A DNA stretch of 32,000 bases from Pseudodesulfovibrio piezophilus C1TLV30 (GTDB lineage Bacteria; Desulfobacterota; Desulfovibrionia; Desulfovibrionales; Desulfovibrionaceae). Both the position numbers and the translations under genes were made by a program. Where the stretch lies: the NCBI RefSeq assembly GCF_000341895.1, contig NC_020409.1, positions 1,590,001-1,622,000 of the forward strand. The letters are read 5' to 3'. Under the pieces are notes generated by a model. That model worked only from the letters and a program-made list of their open reading frames with translations. It was not told the origin of the DNA and did no database searches. Positions 7,396 through 14,048 of the stretch are shown here, piece by piece (within the stretch, counting starts at the first letter, position 1; each line of letters begins with the position of its first letter).

Positions 7396-8406
7396 GTGGG
7401 GAGCCTGCATAGTTCCGCAGTGGGCGTGCTCGGCAAGCACGCGGCTATGAAGATTGGTGAGGCGTATGACGGCGGCAATGGAGATATTGATTACGTCACT
7501 CATAAAATAGCGCATTTAGCTTTGGGAGGAGCTATTGCGGCAGCTAGTGGCGATGACATTGCTGCAGGTGCCATTGGTGGGATGATTGGGGAAATCACCG
7601 CCGAGGCATTCCTTACTGATCGTATCCAATCAGGCATGACCGAGGAAGATATTGATAAGCTTGAAGCTGTCGGCGTAGACTTTTCGAAGTTGGCGGCTGG
7701 ATTGGCGGCAGCTGTGGCAGGAGCCGACGTTGATACTGCCGCAGGAACAGCAGAGAACGCCGCTCAAAATAACGCTGTCGATACTTTCTTTGACGCACTC
7801 TTTGTTCTGGCGGATGCAGGGAAGATCGCTTGGGGTTGGTATACGGACGATGACGGACTTCTTCAAGAAGGTATCATTGACCTCACTGCTGATAGTGCAG
7901 CCCTTCTTATACCATGCGTTCCCGCAGGATCAACCAGAGTCGCTCGTATATTCCAGAAAGCAGCTAGTAAAACAGATGATGTTGTTGATGCAGCAAAAGC
8001 TATTGATAATGCAGGAGATGCTGCGAAAGTTGTCGATAATGTCGCTGATGCTGGTAAAATTGGCGAAAATGTATCAGGCGGTGTCAAACATAGTGACAAA
8101 TATGCTCATGTTGGTAAAAGGCTTGATGAGAATGCAGCAAGACAATTTGATAACAAAACCATTAAAACTGATGATGCTCTTGATTTAGCACAAGATTTTC
8201 TTGGCTCAGGGTATAAAGACATGGGTGGTGGACGATTTTTATCTAAAGATGGTACTCGACAAGTACGAATGGGAGATGCTGACATTACAGGTCAACATGC
8301 AGGAGGAAACCATATGAATTTTGAAATATTAACTCCTAACCCTAAAAAACTTGGTAAAATGATGATTAAGAAAAAAGACAATCTTCATATCTTTTTGAAG
8401 GATTAA
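7396..8406 (+). CDS. Orphan CdiA/FhaB-family toxin C-terminal cassette 2
   Basis: The frame is open from 7330, after a TAA. It has the same pre-toxin region, with AQNN at 7762-7773. The post-motif domain VDTFFDALFVLADAGKI..IPCVPAGSTRVARIFQKAASK is shared with cassette 3. The unique C-terminus is ..GRFLSKDGTRQVRMGDADITGQHAGGNHMNFEIL..NLHIFLKD. Confidence 0.75.
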   Translation: MGSLHSSAVGVLGKHAAMKIGEAYDGGNGDIDYVTHKIAHLALGGAIAAASGDDIAAGAIGGMIGEITAEAFLTDRIQSGMTEEDIDKLEAVGVDFSKLAAGLAAAVAGADVDTAAGTAENAAQNNAVDTFFDALFVLADAGKIAWGWYTDDDGLLQEGIIDLTADSAALLIPCVPAGSTRVARIFQKAASKTDDVVDAAKAIDNAGDAAKVVDNVADAGKIGENVSGGVKHSDKYAHVGKRLDENAARQFDNKTIKTDDALDLAQDFLGSGYKDMGGGRFLSKDGTRQVRMGDADITGQHAGGNHMNFEILTPNPKKLGKMMIKKKDNLHIFLKD

Positions 8407-8410
8407 ATTC

Positions 8411-8650
8411 ATGAAGTATACCCTTGACATATCAGATGATAATTTTTGGGAAGTTGGGGCCGAAATAGAAGTTCAAATTGGAGATGACTTTGAGGCAGTC
8501 ATCAAAGCTAATGCAAAAGGATTTATTTCCCTTGCGAGACTTTGCTTGCAGTTCTCTTTGGATGATGTTCGGGCGCATGACCATTTACATCTCGACGTAA
8601 ATACTGGCCTTGAAGAAGGTTCTACAGAATTAATTATTGAAAGAACTTAA
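8411..8650 (+). CDS. Putative immunity protein for cassette 2
   Basis: 79-aa ORF 4 nt after the toxin stop. AAGGA lies 8 nt upstream. ..ANAKGFISLARLCLQFS..HDHLHLD..LEEGSTELIIE is reminiscent of Imm32-type immunity proteins; this is from memory and unverified. Confidence 0.6.
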   Translation: MKYTLDISDDNFWEVGAEIEVQIGDDFEAVIKANAKGFISLARLCLQFSLDDVRAHDHLHLDVNTGLEEGSTELIIERT

Positions 8651-8677
8651 TACACAAATACCAGATGAGTAATTTGC

Positions 8678-8710
8678 ACGGCCCGCCTCAGCGGGCCGTT
8701 TTTCGTTCTT
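8678..8710 (+). terminator. Terminator-like hairpin, cassette unit copy 3
   Basis: ACGGCCCGC-CTCA-GCGGGCCGT followed by TTTTTCGTTCTT. Confidence 0.7.
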
Positions 8711-8784
8711 TGACATAACGTACCTCCACCACCTCGGCCACGGTAAACACCGTCATCAACGGCGGCGATTTTGGCGACAATCTG

Positions 8785-9690
8785 GTGGGGAGCCTCCACT
8801 CTTCCGCAGTGGGCGTGCTCGGCAAGCACGCGGCCATGAAGATTGGTGAGGCGTATGACGGCGGCAATGGGGATATTGATTACGTCACTCATAAAATAGC
8901 GCATTTAGCTTTGGGAGGAGCTATTGCGGCAGCTAGTGGCGATGACATTGCTGCAGGTGCCATTGGTGGGATGATTGGGGAAATCACCGCCGAGGCATTC
9001 CTTACTGATCGTATCCAATCAGGCATGACCGAGGAAGATATTGATAAGCTTGAAGCTGTCGGCGTAGACTTTTCGAAGTTGGCGGCTGGATTGGCGGCAG
9101 CTGTGGCAGGAGCCGACGTTGATACTGCCGCAGGAACAGCAGAGAACGCCGCTCAAAATAACGCTGTCGATACTTTCTTTGACGCACTTTTTGTTCTGGC
9201 GGATGCAGGGAAGATCACTTGGGGCTATATCATCGATGACGATGGGATGGTTAATGAAGGGTTGATTGATCTTAGTGCAGACAGTGCCGCTATGCTCATA
9301 CCATTTGTGCCAGCAGGAACAACTAGAATTGCGAGAATATTCCAAAAAGCTGCAAGTAAATCTGATGATGTTATTGATATCGCTAAGCGATCAGTTACTT
9401 ATTCAGAGAAGCAGTTAAAGCGTAAATTTAAACACGCTGGAGATTTTGGTATTGAAGGAAAAAATTACAATCCTTCAAAAGGTGAAAGATTTAGAAAAGC
9501 TATTGACGATCATGTCCGTAATACAGAAACTGTTGAAATAAAAGGAACCTATAGAGGTCAAGATGTGGTTCATTACGTTAACCCCAAAACAGGTAATAAT
9601 GTTATTAAAAAGCCGGATGGGGAGTTCATTAGTGGGTGGAAATTAAAACCTGACCAGCTAAAAAATGTTTTGACCAGAGGTAAACTTTAA
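8785..9690 (+). CDS. Orphan CdiA/FhaB-family toxin cassette 3 with a colicin D-like tRNase C-terminal domain
   Basis: The frame is open from 8719. AQNN lies at 9151-9162. The C-terminus is SEKQLKRKFKHAGDFGIEGKNYNPSKGERFRKAIDDHVRNTETVEIKGTYRGQDVVHYVNPKTGNNVIKKPDGEFISGWKLKPDQL. It resembles the colicin D catalytic domain (..KHAGDFGI..F..AI..H....T..KGTYR......NP.T.NVVI.K.NGEFLSGWK..). Confidence 0.8.
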   Translation: MGSLHSSAVGVLGKHAAMKIGEAYDGGNGDIDYVTHKIAHLALGGAIAAASGDDIAAGAIGGMIGEITAEAFLTDRIQSGMTEEDIDKLEAVGVDFSKLAAGLAAAVAGADVDTAAGTAENAAQNNAVDTFFDALFVLADAGKITWGYIIDDDGMVNEGLIDLSADSAAMLIPFVPAGTTRIARIFQKAASKSDDVIDIAKRSVTYSEKQLKRKFKHAGDFGIEGKNYNPSKGERFRKAIDDHVRNTETVEIKGTYRGQDVVHYVNPKTGNNVIKKPDGEFISGWKLKPDQLKNVLTRGKL

Positions 9691-9963
9691 ATGGATACTA
9701 CGAATATATATATTAATTTAATAGATGATTTCTTACATTATAGAATTACGGCTTCAGAGTTCGAAATGTCATTTATCAGACAACGGCGTCAAGATCTTAA
9801 TGATAAAAACAATTATAATAATGCATTAGAAGAATTGTTCTTTGATATTGATGCATTCTGCTCTGATCCAGAGTTGATAGAAGAAGAAGATTTAACGGAA
9901 GAGGAGCTGCGGAGAAGCTGCATGCGAACTCTTTCTGATTTAAAGTCAGACGGAAAAGGATAG
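9691..9963 (+). CDS. Putative immunity protein for cassette 3 (colicin D immunity-like)
   Basis: The ATG immediately follows the toxin TAA. GAGGT lies 9 nt upstream. The N-terminus ..LIDDFLHYRITASEFEMSFIRQRRQ resembles ImmD (..[22 protein letters not shown]..) as I recall it. The C-terminal half is acidic. Confidence 0.65.
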   Translation: MDTTNIYINLIDDFLHYRITASEFEMSFIRQRRQDLNDKNNYNNALEELFFDIDAFCSDPELIEEEDLTEEELRRSCMRTLSDLKSDGKG

Positions 9964-10194
9964 TCGCAAGGTCGCGAAAAGATATAAAAATAATACAGAA
10001 TGCTTAGAAGCCATGAAAAGGATTCTTAATGAGAAAAAAATGGGAAGAAAAAATATATTGATTTGATCAAAGTGTATGAATTGATGGGAGATAGAGCGAA
10101 TGCTCTTGATAAAAAAGATATGAATATGCCTTAAAGGGTAGTGGTTATGAAGAGAAGAATTGTGATTAATTTGAAATGATTTGTGCGTTCGTAG

Positions 10195-10227
10195 CGGCCC
10201 GCTTCGGCGGGCCGTTTTTCGTTCTTT
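10195..10227 (+). terminator. Terminator-like hairpin, cassette unit copy 4
   Basis: CGGCCCGC-TTCG-GCGGGCCG followed by TTTTTCGTTCTTT. Confidence 0.7.
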
Positions 10228-10300
10228 GACATAACATACCTCCACCACCTCCGCCACTGTAAACACCGTCATCAACGGCGGCGATTTCGGCGACAATCTG

Positions 10301-11590
10301 GTGGGGAGCCTGCATAGTTCCGCAGTGGGCGTGCTCGGCAAGCACGCGGCTATGAAGATTGGTGAGGCGTACCATAAAGGCGATCTGAACTATGTGACGC
10401 ATAAAATCGCCCATGCCGCCCTCGGCGGAGCCATCGCAGCAGGAACTGGCGGCGATGTCGCATCCGGTGTCATTGGCGGGGCTGTGGGTGAGATCACAGG
10501 TGAATTTCTTTCCAAAGAAATCGAAGATGCTCTGAGAGCAGGGGATATAGACCCCACCAAAGTTCATCAGTGGATGGATGCCGGTGTCGACGTTTCAAAG
10601 CTTGCAGCTGGTCTTGTTGCGGCCGCTGCTGGCGGCGATGTCAACACTGCGGCCGATGTGGCAGATAATGCTGCTAAGAACAATGCCTTCTGGATCGCCA
10701 TACCAATTCTTTTGGAAGTGGCAGACAAGATCCTCATGGCTGCCGATGCCGTGGAATTTGGCGAAGCCGTCATTACAGGGGATGTCGAAAAACAAAACGA
10801 GATCATGCTGGGTTTCCTGATCGGCATGGGTATCGAAACCACTGTCGGCAGCATACTCCCCGGCAGCTATGTCGCGCTCAAGGGAGCCATCAAGGCTGGC
10901 AAGCTCGACGTGATCATCGACCTGCTTCCAGACAAAGCAGTCAAGTGGATTATCGAACATTCAGACGATGCCATCGGCGAGCTTCGAAGTACGCTTCATT
11001 CAAAATTCCCGGACCTGAAAGCTGATCTGGACAACTTTAATTTCGATGGCCTTAAAAATAGCGACGAGCTGAATAAAATTCTCGCCAAGAAAAAGGGCGA
11101 TACGGATATTCCGAATTCCGGTGGCAGCTCCTCTGGTGGGAGTTCTTCTGGAGGTTCTCACGGGAATTCTTCTGGTGGAAAGCCGGATGGCTCGACAAGT
11201 GGGGCTGTCGATATTGCAACACAGGTTCATGCTGAACATCTTGAAGAAATGAAAAGCTTAGGAGTTAAGTATACTCATGAGGATGTACTTTTCACCCACA
11301 AAATGCCTGATGATAAGATTGCATTCCTTGAGAAAGGAAGCTCAAATGGGGGGCTCGCTCATATACTTGAAGAACACAAGCAGGACTTTTGGAGAAAAGG
11401 TATTTCTAAAGACGAAATTCCAGATTTCCTTCAACAAGCCCTAGAGAAAAACAACGTGGTTGGCTATCAGGGACAAGGAAGCGGTAGACCTATTTACGAA
11501 CTTGTTTATAAAGGTAAAAGACAGCGTGTTGCAATAACTGTTGGCAATAACGGTTTTGTCGTTGGCGCTAACCCTAAAGGGCTTAAATAA
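10301..11590 (+). CDS. Orphan CdiA/FhaB-family toxin C-terminal cassette 4
   Basis: Same 5' region as the other cassettes, with AKNN at 10673-10684. A hydrophobic post-motif segment is followed by a Gly/Ser linker (NSGGSSSGGSSSGGSHGNSSGGKPDGSTSG) and a ~130-aa C-terminal domain (..GGLAHILEEHKQDF..GRPIYELVYKGKRQRVAITVGNNGFVVGANP). I cannot assign that domain to a family. Confidence 0.75.
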   Translation: MGSLHSSAVGVLGKHAAMKIGEAYHKGDLNYVTHKIAHAALGGAIAAGTGGDVASGVIGGAVGEITGEFLSKEIEDALRAGDIDPTKVHQWMDAGVDVSKLAAGLVAAAAGGDVNTAADVADNAAKNNAFWIAIPILLEVADKILMAADAVEFGEAVITGDVEKQNEIMLGFLIGMGIETTVGSILPGSYVALKGAIKAGKLDVIIDLLPDKAVKWIIEHSDDAIGELRSTLHSKFPDLKADLDNFNFDGLKNSDELNKILAKKKGDTDIPNSGGSSSGGSSSGGSHGNSSGGKPDGSTSGAVDIATQVHAEHLEEMKSLGVKYTHEDVLFTHKMPDDKIAFLEKGSSNGGLAHILEEHKQDFWRKGISKDEIPDFLQQALEKNNVVGYQGQGSGRPIYELVYKGKRQRVAITVGNNGFVVGANPKGLK

Positions 11591-11595
11591 TTAAT

Positions 11596-11913
11596 ATGAT
11601 AAAAAGAATAAGACTTGCATTGGAATATGGTTGCTCGCCTATTTGGATAATTGATGAAGATGGAGATTTGGACACTGTGGCTATTGAGAATATGAATATA
11701 AGTGATTCTTTAAAAAAAGATATTACCATTTGGAACGATGTTTACCATGTTACTTTCAATGAGAACTACCCACCGGATTCTGGTTTTTCCTCAAACGAGG
11801 CTAATGTGCTATTACAAGAGGCATTCAAGCTAGAAGGGAAAGAATTATTTTTGAGACTTAAAGAAGAATTAAACGGAAGATATATCGTTGAATCAAAATT
11901 CGGTATTAAATAG
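11596..11913 (+). CDS. Putative immunity protein for cassette 4
   Basis: 105-aa ORF 5 nt after the toxin stop. It is a paralogue of 4804-5112. Confidence 0.7.
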   Translation: MIKRIRLALEYGCSPIWIIDEDGDLDTVAIENMNISDSLKKDITIWNDVYHVTFNENYPPDSGFSSNEANVLLQEAFKLEGKELFLRLKEELNGRYIVESKFGIK

Positions 11914-11951
11914 AAATCATGAAGTCTAATCAGGTCACCCCATGATTACAG

Positions 11952-12069
11952 AAAACGGCCTGCTTTAGTGGGCCTTTTTTTGTTCTTTGATATAGCTCCT
12001 CACTATCTACTCCACACCTCAGCCGGGTGAATATCGCCATCAAAGGCGATGATTTGGGAGAAAATCTGG
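11952..12069 (+). pseudogene. Stub of a fifth cassette (degenerate hairpin plus diverged 5' coding stretch), cut by an IS fragment
   Basis: A weak GGCC...GGCC hairpin with a T-run is followed by TTGTTCTTTGATATAG and ..VNIAIKGDDLGENL, compared with ..VNTVINGGDLGENLVGSL in the other cassettes. Similarity stops at ~12069. Confidence 0.65.
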
Positions 12070-12465
12070 CGAGATGATCCGGGATCTGATGCTCGAATGC
12101 GTGGAGAAACGATTCGGCGCGAGCCGTGCGCCGCACAAGGTGCAATGGCTGTCGGACAACGGCTCCTGCTACACGGCAAAGGAGACCGTTGAGTTCGCCG
12201 CCTGGCTGGGGCTGGAAAGTTGTTTTACGCCGGTACGCAGCCCGGAGAGCAACGGCATGGCCGAGTCATTTGTGAAAACCTTCAAACGCGATTATGCCTA
12301 CGTGCATGACCGGCCCGATGCGAGGACGCTCTTCGCTCAATTGGCCGACTGGTTCGAGGATTACAACGAAAGGCATCCCCACAAGGGACTGCGGATGCAA
12401 TCTCCCCGCGAATTCATCCGCTCATTGGCAACCGCCGAGTGTCCGATTTAGCGAGGGCAACTCCA
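12070..12465 (+). mobile_element. 3' fragment (~400 bp) of an IS3-family, IS2-group element
   Basis: It encodes only the C-terminal part of OrfB. The end, read as reverse complement, is TGGAGTTGCCCTCGCTAAATCGGACA, which resembles the IS2 right inverted repeat TGGATTTGCCCCTATATTTCCAGACA. The 5' two-thirds of the IS are missing. Confidence 0.7.
12074..12451 (+). pseudogene. Truncated IS2-like transposase OrfB (C-terminal fragment)
   Basis: ..[70 protein letters not shown] is collinear with IS2 InsD (..[68 protein letters not shown]). Confidence 0.8.
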
Positions 12466-13581
12466 ATACCATCTCTCTCGAAGTGTACACTTATAACGAC
12501 CAGGAATCCCCTTCAACTCTCCAAACGCTAAATATTCCAACAGCCCTTCAGTAAAACTATCAGCATCTACACCATTTAAGTCCAATAAATAACGAGGCTT
12601 CTCGTTCGCTACTAGCTATTCGTGATTTACGTCTGTATATCTAACTGAACCATTCACAAACATGCCTTTTTGAATGACAGGCTTGACATATCCACCTAGA
12701 TCGTACTGCTCAACAGTACCCTGTGATACAATAAAAAAATTATTCGCCGCAGTTACTATCCCAGCTACAGAAGTGCAGTAAGATGAAATTGGTCTGCAGG
12801 CCTCTGTCAATCGTTTAACCAATCCAAGTTCTTCAGAACTAAGGATAAACGATGTCCATTTGGCAGTTTCAGCACCTTCATGTTTAGTTAATTGAACTTC
12901 AGCTGAACTAAGCTCCTCAATAGAGTCTACTTCTGTAAAATAAAATCCCTCTTCTGTTGCCTCCTTATGAGCAATCAGAATAACTGTGTCTTGTTCTAAA
13001 GTCTCAAAGGCAAGTTTCCTAAATGAGATAATCTCTACGCGATTAAAACTCTGAAGCAGATACGATCTGATTTCTTGAGCGTACTTTACTTGCAACAACT
13101 CTGTTGGAATCACGAAGGCCATCACGCCATGAGGGGTCAACAACTGGGCAGCTTTCACAACAAAAGCTGTCCAGATATTTGATATCTCTTTATTGACCAA
13201 CCCTGCTTCTACATGGATTTTCTTACAAGCAGCAGCCTGATCCGACGCCAAATTCGTCTTACTTATGTAAGGGGGATTCCCGAGGATGATATCGTATGAG
13301 TGGGGAGCATCCCATGCGAGAAAATCTTCATTAAAAAGCTTAGAAGATGGCATGCTCTGATGCGCAATGGAAAGGGCATCGCAATCAATCTCAACCCCAT
13401 CGACTGCCAATTAATTACGGCTCTTCAAACCCGCTAGTGCTCGAAAAAAGACACCGTCGCCGCAACTAGGCTCAAGCACTCGAACTTGATCACCTGGGAA
13501 TGTCAGGCCCACCACCCTTTGCGATATCCACCTGGCGAGACTTGCTGGAGTATAGTATTTTCCGCTTTTCTTATTTGTCAT
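12466..13581 (-). pseudogene. Gamma-class N6-adenine DNA methyltransferase (Eco57I/TaqI-like) with two in-frame stops and a 3' truncation
   Basis: From the ATG at 13581 it reads MTNKKSGKYYTPASLARWI..VLEPSCGDGVFF (motifs X and I), then SRN, TAA (13413-13411) and LAVDGVEID..ILGNPPYIS (motif IV). After ..VNHE a TAG (12618-12616) is followed by 50 more open in-frame codons: LVANEKPRYLLDL..GELKGIPGRYKCTLRERWY. These run into the IS2-like end at 12465. No restriction endonuclease gene is adjacent. Confidence 0.75.
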
Positions 13582-13755
13582 CACATATCAACCTATTACA
13601 GCAAAAAAAGTGGAGTGTAACACCAAACTGTTCACAAAGGTTCTGTTTTGAAGTAGCAAGTCGCCCCATTCAAGTCTAGGACTCAGAAATACCTGAACTA
13701 ATACACAACTTATTGCATCGAGACGATATTACTAAGGCAACCTTAAGACGAACCT

Positions 13756-13903
13756 GTTAACGACTTTATTATTTCGATTTTATCATTTGTTTGCACCCTC
13801 CTGAGGGAGTATTAACAACTAAGATGCTAATTCATCTTCTTTTTAATGGGCGGATTCAGAGTTTTTGGGGCAATGCTGTAAACAACTTTATTGTTCGCCC
13901 ACA
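13756..13903 (-). repeat. Tn7-like left end with three dispersed TnsB-type repeats
   Basis: GTTAACGACTTTATTATT (13756-13773), ATTAACAACTAAGATGC (13811-13827) and GTAAACAACTTTATTGTTCGCCCACA (13878-13903) are inverted copies of the right-end motif. The sites are spaced out, as in the Tn7 left end. Confidence 0.7.
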
Positions 13904-13908
13904 TTTTT

Positions 13909-14028
13909 TGTGGGTGAGTAATAAAGTTTTTAAGTGAGTAATAAAAGTTCTTTAGCAAGTAATAAAGTTGAGAACTGAAACCGCTTCTGGTATTCTTGAA
14001 AATAGAAATAATCAGGAGCGGTTTTATC
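13909..14028 (+). repeat. Fossil right end of a second, related Tn7-like element (terminus, three repeats and tnsA leader only)
   Basis: TGTGGGTGAGTAATAAAGTT..GAGTAATAAAAGTT..AAGTAATAAAGTTG is followed by AAACCGCT..CAGGAGCGGTTTTATC. This is collinear and in direct orientation with 1874-1975. The position of the tnsA ATG reads ATC (14026-14028), and no tnsA sequence follows. Confidence 0.65.
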
Positions 14029-14048
14029 TCTCTGTAGACAATCGTTTT

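Larger units (their letters stand above)
1874..13903 (+). mobile_element. Degenerate Tn7-like transposon (~12 kb) carrying a toxin/immunity cassette array; transposition genes inactivated
   Basis: The right end starts TGTGTAGCG at 1874. The left end finishes ...CGCCCACA at 13903, whose reverse complement TGTGGGCGAACAATAAAGTTGTTTAC is very close to the Tn7 terminus TGTGGGCGGACAATAAAGTC. tnsA and tnsB read inward from the right end, as in Tn7. The right end faces the GlmS-like gene, as at attTn7. T-runs flank both ends. Confidence 0.75.

Noticed and set aside
5731-10227. Integron-like gene cassettes, with the recurring hairpins acting as attC sites
   Set aside because: The hairpins are short perfect GC stems with T-tracts, not 57-140 bp imperfect attC structures with R/L boxes. 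No intI integrase or attI is present. The units also share coding sequence.
5731-12069. CRISPR-like periodic repeat
   Set aside because: The period is ~1.3-1.7 kb. The repeats are >150 bp and protein-coding, and the intervening sequences are genes. No cas genes are present.
11930-12145. 71-aa minus-strand ORF spanning the cassette-stub/IS junction
   Set aside because: It crosses a rearrangement breakpoint, lies antisense to recognisable coding remnants on both sides and has no RBS.
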